From Minisyncoccota bacterium (GTDB lineage Bacteria; Patescibacteriota; Minisyncoccia; Phycocordibacterales; SBAW01): a DNA stretch of 55,260 nt. Positions 1 to 13,998 of the stretch are shown here, piece by piece (position 1 is the first letter of the stretch; the number at the start of each line of letters is the position of its first letter). Both the position numbers and the translations under genes were made by a program. The notes beneath the pieces are model-generated. The model was given only the letters and a program-made list of their open reading frames with translations, was not told where the DNA came from and searched no databases. The stretch covers positions 1-55,260 of the forward strand of contig DASZSF010000004.1 of assembly GCA_035548815.1 (NCBI GenBank). The letters run 5' to 3'.

Positions 1-6734
<6,734 letters not shown>

Positions 6735-6801
6735 GGGGTTTCTATGAAGTGACGAGCTTAGTAATAGTCGGGCACGCTATTAATATGTGAGAGCCTGCGC
6801 A

Positions 6802-6840
6802 GAACTTTTCGATCGATTCTAAAGAATCGCGAGAAAGTTC
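6802..6840 (-). promoter_or_regulatory. Imperfect ~17-bp hairpin in the long untranslated region upstream of rpoBC
   Basis: GAACTTTTCGATCGATTC-TAAA-GAATCGCGAGAAAGTTC. It lies about 70-105 nt upstream of the rpoBC ATG. Function unknown. Confidence 0.35.
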
Positions 6841-7089
6841 TACTCCGGCATCCTCTTCAGTTGAAGTGAACTGAACCGTATATCTAAACGCGAAAAATTG
6901 GGCGCGTACAACGCTCCCACCGTTGGGCTTTCGCCCTTCGTTTGTTAGGTGACTTTCGTCACAAATTTGGTGTTCTGAAACCCCAGCCCTCAGAACTCAT
7001 CCAACTCTGTTTCCAGAGTGCCCCGCTTTTGGTTTCATCTATTAGTATACGCAGGGCTTCGTTCACGTCAAGCTCATCTTTATGAACAA

Positions 7090-7113
7090 CCCTTCGACTT
7101 CGCTCAGGGTAAA
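7090..7113. repeat. Short dispersed repeat CCCTTCGAC-NN(N)-GCTCAGGGTAAA, non-coding copy
   Basis: cccttcgacttcgctcagggtaaa matches copies at 9409-9435 and 9590-9616. Confidence 0.7.
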
Positions 7114-7148
7114 AAGAAAAGCCGCCCGACCCCGTGAGGGTGGGCGGC
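7108..7148 (-). terminator. Rho-independent terminator of GC-rich cassette A
   Basis: On the minus strand the stem GCCGCCCACCC-TCAC-GGGGTCGGGCGGC is followed by TTTTCTTTTT. It lies 48 nt downstream of the 7196 stop. Confidence 0.75.
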
Positions 7149-7195
7149 GGTTGGGTCATTGACCCTGATTCGGGCTGCCAGGAGAAGTAGTTGGG

Positions 7196-7414
7196 CTACT
7201 CGCTCCAGGGGGCCAGCGATCTGCCCATGCCCTGCTTGGCCTGCTTGAAGTTGGCGTGCATGGTGAACTGCCGCGCGGCGTAGCCCTGCATCTGGTACTC
7301 GCGATCGCGGCGGCGCTGTTCGTCGGAGGGAGGCGGGACCTCCCTAACCGGCGCATTGAAGCCGACCGGCCCGCTCTTCGAATTGGGCGGCACGAAGACA
7401 AAATATCCGGACAT
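7196..7414 (-). CDS. Hypothetical small protein (72 aa), GC-rich cassette A, gene 2
   Basis: Track ORF MSGYFVFVPPNSKSGPVGF... with an ATG start. GC and GC3 are clearly higher than in the flanking genes. It is followed by a terminator. I recognise no family. Confidence 0.55.
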   Translation of the reverse strand: MSGYFVFVPPNSKSGPVGFNAPVREVPPPSDEQRRRDREYQMQGYAARQFTMHANFKQAKQGMGRSLAPWSE

Positions 7415-7454
7415 CGCTTTTACCTGCTCTTGTCAGATTGTTGGAGGGGTGAGG

Positions 7455-7634
7455 CTATGCATTCACGGGAACGCTGATGCCGAGCGAGGTGGCGAGTGTG
7501 CGATGATCAGTGACGAACTTCTTCTCGTCATCGTTCAGATTCGCCCATCCCTTGCCCTTGAGCGTCTTCATGCGCTTCCTGAGACGGCCGTCGTCGATCT
7601 TGTTGCGGCTCTGAGCGCCACTCGTACGAAACAT
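7455..7634 (-). CDS. Hypothetical small basic protein (59 aa), GC-rich cassette A, gene 1
   Basis: Not in the track because it is under 60 aa. Hand translation gives MFRTSGAQSRNKIDDGRLRKRMKTLKGKGWANLNDDEKKFVTDHRTLATSLGISVPVNA*. The strong SD GGGAGAG lies 5 nt upstream of the ATG. Confidence 0.55.
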   Translation of the reverse strand: MFRTSGAQSRNKIDDGRLRKRMKTLKGKGWANLNDDEKKFVTDHRTLATSLGISVPVNA

Positions 7635-7696
7635 TCGGTCTCTCCCTTATCAAACCAGACTCTGCAGAATCACCCTTTCGGTCCGCATTAGTAATG

Positions 7697-7725
7697 ACCA
7701 TACTGCTCACTAAATCTTCAGTCAA
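7697..7725 (-). promoter_or_regulatory. Sigma70-like promoter of cassette A (TTGACT-17-TATGGT)
   Basis: Minus strand: the -35 TTGACT is at 7725-7720, a 17-nt spacer follows, and the -10 TATGGT is at 7702-7697. It sits directly after the trmD stop codon. Confidence 0.5.
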
Positions 7726-7731
7726 TATGAG

Positions 7732-8382
7732 TTATAAACTTTTCCCGCTACGTCTTTTGGCACGGAGGGTATCGATGTTGGCGTGATGGCCTGAAAGAAG
7801 GACTTTTGGCACACTATATTTCTTCTTTTTGTATTCAAAAACTTCCGGCCGGGTGAATACATCATGCGAGGCGACCCTTCCCTCTTCTAAACTATCGAAT
7901 GTGCCCAAAACGCCCTTAATCTGGCGGGCAGTCGCGTCAATAATAGTAAGTGCTGGCAGCTCGCCCCCAGTCAAAATATAATTTCCTACCGAAACTTCTT
8001 CCGCGCCAAGCGCTTTTTTGACGCGCGCATCAATACCTTCGTAGCGGCCGCACAAAATAATTACCTCTTTTTGTTTCGCGAGCTTTTTTGCGTACTCGTT
8101 CGTAAACTCTTTCCCACCCGCAGACGTGATTAAAACTTTCACGCCTTTCTTCCCTTTCTTTATTTTATCGACTGCTTTAATGAACGGCTCGGCCTGCAAC
8201 ACCATGCCTGGGCCGCCGCCGTATGGGCGCTCGTCTGCTTTGCCCCATTTATTTGCGACAGTGTCGCGCAGTTGATACGCCTTTACATTCAACTTCTTCT
8301 CCCGCTGCGCCCTACCCAAAATAGACGCACCTGTGTACGCCTCAATAACCTCTGGGAAAAGAGTAACAACGTGAAATTTCAT
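7732..8382 (-). CDS. trmD: tRNA (guanine37-N1)-methyltransferase
   Basis: 216 aa, MKFHVVTLFPEVIE... with RPYGGGPGMVL, typical of TrmD. It sits in the conserved rpsP-KH-trmD context. Confidence 0.9.
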   Translation of the reverse strand: MKFHVVTLFPEVIEAYTGASILGRAQREKKLNVKAYQLRDTVANKWGKADERPYGGGPGMVLQAEPFIKAVDKIKKGKKGVKVLITSAGGKEFTNEYAKKLAKQKEVIILCGRYEGIDARVKKALGAEEVSVGNYILTGGELPALTIIDATARQIKGVLGTFDSLEEGRVASHDVFTRPEVFEYKKKKYSVPKVLLSGHHANIDTLRAKRRSGKSL

Positions 8383-8402
8383 ACAAAGGGAAGTGGTGGA
8401 AC

Positions 8403-8771
8403 CTAGAAGTTACCGAGGCTGTCCATTGCTTCGTCGATGGACTTCATTTCGGGCGCTGCAGGAGCTTCGTGAGTGCCGTCCCAGCCAGTGCTTGCCGAGC
8501 CGCCGCCAGATTCAGCCGAGCGGCCGCCTGCCGGTTCGTTTATCTTCAAGTTCACGCGGGCATTGTGCTTCATCCCTACAACGCGCAGAAGCGTGCGGAT
8601 AGCCTTAGCGGTATTGCCCGAGCGGCCAATAACCTTGCCCATATCCTCAGCATTCAAATCGAGCATGAGCAAAACGCCCATCTCATCGACCGTGCGGGTG
8701 ACTTTGACCTCCTCTGGATGATCAACCAACCCTTTCACGACGAACTCCAAAAACTCCTGATCTCGTTCCAT
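8403..8771 (-). CDS. KH-domain RNA-binding protein (YlqC/UPF0109-like) with a Gly/Ser/Ala-rich C-terminal extension
   Basis: DMGKVIGRSGNTAKAIRTLL is the GXXG KH signature. The position between rpsP and trmD is the usual one. Confidence 0.8.
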   Translation of the reverse strand: MERDQEFLEFVVKGLVDHPEEVKVTRTVDEMGVLLMLDLNAEDMGKVIGRSGNTAKAIRTLLRVVGMKHNARVNLKINEPAGGRSAESGGGSASTGWDGTHEAPAAPEMKSIDEAMDSLGNF

Positions 8772-8816
8772 GCAGTATATTTAGTTTTTATAAACGTTCC
8801 GCACCTACCTCAAAGC

Positions 8817-9212
8817 TTACGCTTCTGGAGTTTCTTCAGCAACTGGTGTTTCCACAGGTGCTTCTTCTGTTTGAGCTACTTCTTCAGTGGCTGCTGCTTC
8901 CACAGGAGCTGCCTCTGCTACCGGCTCTTCTTTTTTTTCAACAGTCTTCTTAGGAAGAACATTGATTTTCTTTGCATCGATAATCTTGTTTGAAACAAGA
9001 AGGTTGTGAACGGTTTCTGAAACAGTTGCGCCGTTCTGCATCCAGTGCTTGATGCGGTCTGCCTTCAAATCAACATGAGAGGTCTTTGGGTTGTACGAAC
9101 CAACCATCTCAAGATAATTGCCCGGCTGGGGCTTTCGCTTGCTTTCAACGACAATAACCCGGAATGACGGGTCGTTCTTTCTACCTACGCGGCTGAGTCT
9201 GATAGTCAACAT
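8817..9212 (-). CDS. rpsP: 30S ribosomal protein bS16 with an acidic Glu/Ala/Pro-rich tail
   Basis: The ATG at 9212 gives MLTIRLSRVGRKNDPSFRVIVVESKRKPQPGNYLE... The track ORF 8817..9590 is an artefactual upstream extension. Confidence 0.9.
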   Translation of the reverse strand: MLTIRLSRVGRKNDPSFRVIVVESKRKPQPGNYLEMVGSYNPKTSHVDLKADRIKHWMQNGATVSETVHNLLVSNKIIDAKKINVLPKKTVEKKEEPVAEAAPVEAAATEEVAQTEEAPVETPVAEETPEA

Positions 9213-9249
9213 ATTTCTGTAAAATACCCGCCAAGGCGGGAATGGAACC

Positions 9250-9278
9250 ACTGTAGCAGGCACCTGGTAAAACGTCAA
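9250..9278 (-). promoter_or_regulatory. Sigma70-like promoter of the rpsP operon (TTGACG-17-TACAGT)
   Basis: Minus strand: the -35 is at 9278-9273 and the -10 at 9255-9250, with an exact 17-nt spacer. A CCCGCC-TT-GGCGGG hairpin lies in the predicted 5' UTR (9226-9239). Confidence 0.5.
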
Positions 9279-9303
9279 TAAATGGTATATAGTAGGCCCA
9301 CTG

Positions 9304-11388
9304 ATGTCTCCTGACAGAAAGAAAGGCCCTTCGCGTAAGGCGACGGCTAAAAAACACATATCCGGCATCGTCCAAGTAACCCGCAAAGGCACGGGGTATA
9401 TGCGCTGGCCCCTCGACGAAGCTCGGGGTAAACCCGATAAGGAACGAGAGGATATCGAAATCTTCCCTGAAAAGTTGAGTGGCGCCTTAAATGGCGACAC
9501 TGTTGAGGTTGAGCTTCTATCGCTCTTCCCACGCCCCCGCGGACGCGTGGTCAAAATAGCTGAACGCTCAAAGACCCGCTTTGTCTGCACCCTTCGACAA
9601 GCTCAGGGTAAACCCGGGCAAACTCAGGGCAAGCGGTTGTTAGTTGCTGTGCCTGACGATATGCGCTTCCCTGTCCCTATAGAAGTCAAAACATCTGACA
9701 AAGAAGGAGAGAAAATTCTTGTAGAGCTCGAATCATTTGATGGGACAGTTGCAAAAGGAAAGGTGCTCCAGACCATTGGCGAAGCGGGACAGCATCGTGT
9801 TGAGATGAACGCAATTGTGCTCGAACATGGCTTCGCGACCGAGTTCCCTCCCGAGGTTTTGAAAGAAGCGCAGGATATAGAAAAGAATCATGCGAACATC
9901 ATTGCAGAGGAAGCGAAAAAGCGCGCTGACTTCCGCAACAAAACTACCTTCACTATCGACCCAGTTGATGCGAAAGACTACGACGACGCGCTTTCTGTTG
10001 AAAAACTAGACGACGATACGTATGAGATAGGTGTCCACATTGCCGACGCAACCTACTTCGTGCGGCCGGGCACTGCTCTTGATGACGAGGCGGTCAAACG
10101 CGGTACGTCAGTCTATTTGGTAGATGCAACTATCCCGATGCTCCCTCACGAACTTTCGGGCAATGTATGCAGTTTGAAAGCCGACGAAGACCGCCTGGCA
10201 TTTTCTGCAATATTTAAAATCACCAAGGACGGCGAAGTGCTCGACCGCCGGTTCGAAAAATCAATCATCCGCTCTAACAAACGCTTCACATACGAAGAGG
10301 CTCAAGAGATTTTAAACAAATTCGAAAAAACCAGAGCTGATGGAGGGGCTCCGCAGGGCGACGGCCCGAGGACTGAACAGATTTCTAGCAAGAAATCTGT
10401 GTACCCGGAATCAGTTGCTGGTTTTGAAGAAGAGTTACTTATACTGCGCGACTTGGCGCGAATTATGCGAAAAGAGCGCGAGAAAAAGGGCGCGATAGAT
10501 TTCGGCGACAACGAAGTAAAGTTCACGCTCGACGAAAATGGCATTCCTACAGGTGTTGTGCGCAAAGAGCGTATCGAAACAAACCTACTGATTGAAGAGT
10601 TTATGCTCTTGGCCAATCGCGAGGTTGCGAAGTTTGTTTCCAAACTTGCGGAAAAGAATCCAGAACATGGTCTTGTCTTTCTCTATCGTATCCATGACGA
10701 CCCGAAAGCCGACCGCATCGACGAACTCGCGACGTTCGTGCGTGCAATTGGCTACGACTTCGGCCACAACAAAAAGAAACCGTCGGCCCGCGATATCTCA
10801 AAACTTTTGAGCGACATCGAGGGTACTCCGGAAGAACACCTCATCCGCACGGCAACACTACGTTCGATGGCAAAGGCAATCTATTCAACAAAGAACATTG
10901 GCCACTTCGGATTGGCCTTCGACTACTACACGCACTTCACCTCCCCTATTCGCCGCTACCCCGACATGCTCGTGCACCGCATCTTGGCATCGCACTTAGA
11001 CGGCCATCCTATAACGCGCCGCGAATATGGCGTGCTTGAGCGTATGTGCATCACTGCATCTGAGCAAGAAGCAAAGGCTGTTTCGGCCGAACGCGGCTCC
11101 ATTCGCTACAAACAAGTTGAATATTTGAGCGCGCGCGTGGGCCAAGAATTTGATGCCGTCATTTCAGGTGTCACCGACTGGGGCATGTATGTGGAAGATA
11201 AAATAACAGCATCAGAAGGTCTCGTCCGTATAAAAAATTTGGGTACCGACTTTTTTGAACACCGCCCGAAAGAATATGCGATTGTTGGCCAGCGTACGAA
11301 AAAGAAATACGCGCTCGGGGACTCCGTACGCGTAAAATTGGTGGCGACCGACCTAGCAGCTAGGACGGCAGATTTCGAGCTGGTCTAG
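9304..11388 (+). CDS. rnr: Ribonuclease R (RNB family 3'-5' exoribonuclease)
   Basis: 694 aa. The RNB core contains TIDPVDAKDYDDALSVEK and HFGLAFDYYTHFTSPIRRYPDMLVHR, and a C-terminal S1 domain is present. It contains three in-frame repeat insertions, listed as separate repeat features. Confidence 0.9.
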   Translation: MSPDRKKGPSRKATAKKHISGIVQVTRKGTGYMRWPLDEARGKPDKEREDIEIFPEKLSGALNGDTVEVELLSLFPRPRGRVVKIAERSKTRFVCTLRQAQGKPGQTQGKRLLVAVPDDMRFPVPIEVKTSDKEGEKILVELESFDGTVAKGKVLQTIGEAGQHRVEMNAIVLEHGFATEFPPEVLKEAQDIEKNHANIIAEEAKKRADFRNKTTFTIDPVDAKDYDDALSVEKLDDDTYEIGVHIADATYFVRPGTALDDEAVKRGTSVYLVDATIPMLPHELSGNVCSLKADEDRLAFSAIFKITKDGEVLDRRFEKSIIRSNKRFTYEEAQEILNKFEKTRADGGAPQGDGPRTEQISSKKSVYPESVAGFEEELLILRDLARIMRKEREKKGAIDFGDNEVKFTLDENGIPTGVVRKERIETNLLIEEFMLLANREVAKFVSKLAEKNPEHGLVFLYRIHDDPKADRIDELATFVRAIGYDFGHNKKKPSARDISKLLSDIEGTPEEHLIRTATLRSMAKAIYSTKNIGHFGLAFDYYTHFTSPIRRYPDMLVHRILASHLDGHPITRREYGVLERMCITASEQEAKAVSAERGSIRYKQVEYLSARVGQEFDAVISGVTDWGMYVEDKITASEGLVRIKNLGTDFFEHRPKEYAIVGQRTKKKYALGDSVRVKLVATDLAARTADFELV
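9409..9435 (+). repeat. Dispersed repeat CCCTTCGAC..GCTCAGGGTAAA, in-frame copy 1 in rnr (encodes PLDEARGKP)
   Basis: cccctcgacgaagctcggggtaaaccc. Confidence 0.65.
9590..9632 (+). repeat. Dispersed repeat, in-frame copy 2 in rnr, with a partial tandem duplication (encodes TLRQAQGKPGQTQGKR)
   Basis: cccttcgacaagctcagggtaaaccc followed by gggcaaactcagggcaa. Confidence 0.65.
10339..10412 (+). repeat. ~73-nt palindromic element inserted in-frame in rnr (encodes DGGAPQGDGPRTEQISSKKSVYPE)
   Basis: About 90% identical to the reverse complement of 33338-33410 in pheT. It contains a perfect 9-bp stem, CAGATTTCT-AGCA-AGAAATCTG (10378-10399). Confidence 0.8.
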
Positions 11389-11389
11389 A

Positions 11390-11662
11390 CTACAGGAGCT
11401 TAGCCAGAGCTTCATCCAGTTCGGTGTCAGTCTTCGCGAGTCGATACTTCGGAACAGGTACGAGGACTCGAGGATCCACGTTCTCGCGAACGAACTGGGC
11501 ACTGACTGGCCTCAAGAACTTTGCTCCTTGTCGTTGCCAGATAGCAACGAGCAGGCAATCTTGTTCTTTGAGGCAACCCCAATGGATCTTGAAGGGGCCC
11601 TGAGTGAAGCTTGCGGCAAGCACTACGGGGACTTTGTCAAAATAGATTGGTTCATTCGCCAT
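11390..11662 (-). CDS. Hypothetical protein (90 aa), single-gene cassette D between smc and rnr
   Basis: Track ORF MANEPIYFDKVPVVL... with an ATG start. An SD (GCGGAG) lies 8 nt upstream, which is unusual for this contig. I recognise no family. Confidence 0.5.
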   Translation of the reverse strand: MANEPIYFDKVPVVLAASFTQGPFKIHWGCLKEQDCLLVAIWQRQGAKFLRPVSAQFVRENVDPRVLVPVPKYRLAKTDTELDEALAKLL

Positions 11663-11715
11663 TGGCGATTCTCCGCTTCCTGGTACAACTCATCAAGCAC
11701 TATACACCCAAATTT

Positions 11716-13929
11716 TTATTTCGCTACTGCGAGAGCTTCGTCGAATTTTACAGAGAGGAGTTTGGAAACGCCGTCCTGGCCCATGGTGATGCCGTAGAGC
11801 ACGCCTGCGCGCGACATCGTTTCGCGATTGTGAGTAATTAATATAAGCTGCGATTTTTGCGCCAAGCTTTCTATCATGTCGCCGTAGCGGCGCGAGTTTG
11901 CCTCGTCGAGCGCAGCTTCCGTTTCGTCCAAAATGAGAAATGGCGGGGGGTTGACTTGCGACATCGCGAAGATAAGTGCGATAGAAGTCAGTGCACGCTC
12001 CCCGCCTGAAAGCATGTGCAAGCCTTTAATGCGCTTATGCGGAAGTGATATACCTATTTCTACTCCCTCTTCTATATCTTCGTCTTCTTCAGCACCCTCT
12101 TCGTTCTCTTCGCCACGCGCGAATTTTTTTTCTTGGACGACGTTGAGCGCTGCCGTGCCGCCACCAAACATCAACTTGAAGAATCGGTCGAATTCAGTAT
12201 TTATTTTCTGAACACCTTCATCAAAACGCAGGCGGAGTGTGCCGGTAAGCTCAACGATAAGCTGCTTGAGCGATTCAGCAGATGCTTCCAAGTCGTTCAA
12301 CTCGCGCGCCAAAAATTCATCGCGTTCTGTTGTTTCCTGATGCTCTTTCAAAACCTCTGACGAATTTCCTGCGCCCATTTCTTCCAAGCGGATTTTCATG
12401 CGCTCGAGTTTGCGGCGACGATCTTCCTGTATATCGCGCGCCTCGTCTGCCATATCAGATTGCGAAAGCTCTTCTCCGTTTTCTGTATATACCGCAGCGT
12501 GTTCGTATTCTGTGACTTCTCGACCTAACAGTGCTGCTGCTTCGCCCAATTCCATCTTGAATTGCGCCTCGTCGCGGGAAAGCATTTCGCTGCGTGCACG
12601 AAGTTTGGCAAGCACCGTTTCAAGTTCACTGCGCTTTTGCATTGCCTGAAATAGTTCTCGTTCTGCCTCGCGGTTCGCATCCTTTTCGCCTTCTATTTTT
12701 GCGCGAAGTTCGGCCACGGCTTTGCGTGTCTCTTCTTGCTCGCGCCGCAGCTGTTCTAATTCTTTTTCAAGACCATCCTTTTTGGCACGCAGAGCTTCAA
12801 GTGACGGCCCCGTTCGTTCTTCCGCCCGCATGATGCGCTGTAAGAAATCTTTTGTCAGCAATACGAGCGATTTCAGTTTGCTCTGCACGTCACCGGCCGA
12901 AAGTGCTGCCTCAAGTTCTCGTTCAACGGTCTGTGCAAATTCGCGAGCATCTTTCCCTGGGACAGAATCTTGCACCGTGTGTGCGATACGCTCATGTGCC
13001 GAAATTTCGCCTTCCAAACGGCCGATGTCGCGCACAACGTTTGCCTCGTGCGATGCCGCGGCGCGCGACGAGCTTTCAAGCGCCATCAATTCCGACGCAC
13101 CCGTATCCCCCTGTTTTTTGGAAACCTCCGTGCGCAAATGCGCTATGGTCGTTTCAAGCTGTTCATATTCTTGCTGTGGCGCGCTTGTTTCGTCAGCAAG
13201 CAGCGCGCGTGTTACGAGCAAGTATACGTTTTCGCGTTTAAAATATTGGATATATGCGGCGGTCGTTTCTTCGCGTAATTTGTGCGACTGCTCTATTTTT
13301 TTGACTTGATTCTGCAAAAAGCGCAGGTGCGGTGCCAGTTCGCGGCGCAAGCTTTCCACCTCGCGCATATTTTCTGCGGTCTTTTCGAGTTTCTTTTCTG
13401 CTTCTTCTTTTTTATACAAATACGCGGTAAGACCAAGCGCATCTTCAAGCATTTCGCGGCGCTCGCGTGCAGATGACGAAAGTATCCTGTCCGCTTCCCC
13501 TTGCGAGATGATGTGGTGTCCGGATGCGCCAATGTTTGCCTGCGCCAACAGTTCAGCAATATCACGCAAGCGCACTTGAGATCCATTCAACAAATAGTCA
13601 TTGCCGCCGTCGCGATGCACAACACGCTCCAAGCTCACTTCGTCAAAATCAATATTGAGCGCTCGGTCGGTATTATCAAACACCAACTTTACCGACGCTC
13701 TTCCCGCTCGCGGCGAGGCGTTCGAGCCGTTCCAGATCATATCTTCGCCGCGCTTGCCGCGCATCGACTTCATCGACTGCTCGCCGAGCACGAAACGGAA
13801 GCTTTCTGCCACGTTGCTTTTGCCCGAACCATTGGGCCCGACAATAGCAGTGATTGCGGATGCAAACTGCAGCTCCGTCTTTCGGGCAAATGATTTAAAA
13901 CCGTTCAATTCTATCGACTTCAGCCGCAT
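11716..13929 (-). CDS. smc: SMC-family chromosome partition ATPase, short form (737 aa) without a recognisable hinge
   Basis: The N-terminal Walker A head is GFKSFARKTELQFASAITAIVGPNGSGKSNVAESFRFVLGEQS. The C-terminal signature and Walker B region is LSGGERALTSIALIFAMSQVNPPPFLILDETEAALD. Only about 380 aa of coiled coil lie between them. Confidence 0.85.
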   Translation of the reverse strand: MRLKSIELNGFKSFARKTELQFASAITAIVGPNGSGKSNVAESFRFVLGEQSMKSMRGKRGEDMIWNGSNASPRAGRASVKLVFDNTDRALNIDFDEVSLERVVHRDGGNDYLLNGSQVRLRDIAELLAQANIGASGHHIISQGEADRILSSSARERREMLEDALGLTAYLYKKEEAEKKLEKTAENMREVESLRRELAPHLRFLQNQVKKIEQSHKLREETTAAYIQYFKRENVYLLVTRALLADETSAPQQEYEQLETTIAHLRTEVSKKQGDTGASELMALESSSRAAASHEANVVRDIGRLEGEISAHERIAHTVQDSVPGKDAREFAQTVERELEAALSAGDVQSKLKSLVLLTKDFLQRIMRAEERTGPSLEALRAKKDGLEKELEQLRREQEETRKAVAELRAKIEGEKDANREAERELFQAMQKRSELETVLAKLRARSEMLSRDEAQFKMELGEAAALLGREVTEYEHAAVYTENGEELSQSDMADEARDIQEDRRRKLERMKIRLEEMGAGNSSEVLKEHQETTERDEFLARELNDLEASAESLKQLIVELTGTLRLRFDEGVQKINTEFDRFFKLMFGGGTAALNVVQEKKFARGEENEEGAEEDEDIEEGVEIGISLPHKRIKGLHMLSGGERALTSIALIFAMSQVNPPPFLILDETEAALDEANSRRYGDMIESLAQKSQLILITHNRETMSRAGVLYGITMGQDGVSKLLSVKFDEALAVAK

Positions 13930-13950
13930 TGAGCTTGATTATAGCAAAGG

Positions 13951-13975
13951 AAACTCCCGCCAAAAGCGGGAGTTT
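13951..13975 (-). terminator. Hairpin terminator downstream of the GH30 gene
   Basis: AAACTCCCGC-(loop)-GCGGGAGTTT, followed on the minus strand by a T-rich stretch (TTTCCTTT). Confidence 0.55.
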
Positions 13976-13998
13976 GCCTGCGCACATATGCGAGAGCC

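Noticed and set aside
6959-7159. A 66-aa ORF upstream of rpoBC.
   Set aside because: It is a translation of the terminator hairpin plus the dispersed FDFAQGK/ERSRRV-type repeat. It has no SD or coding-like composition.
7153-7706. A 7-bp inverted match (GGTCATT ... AATGACC) near the two ends of cassette A, considered as terminal inverted repeats of a mobile element.
   Set aside because: It is too short to distinguish from chance, and there is no transposase or target-site duplication.
8817-9590. A 257-aa ORF suggesting a long N-terminal extension on ribosomal protein bS16. Similar upstream extensions appear in the track for rpmF, rpmE, rplY, pheT, the pfkB kinase, tktN, pilins 3 and 4, and ORF 46686..47375.
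   Set aside because: The track starts each ORF at the first ATG, GTG or TTG after a stop. Canonical protein N-termini begin at internal ATGs, and the extensions overlap neighbouring genes or promoters.
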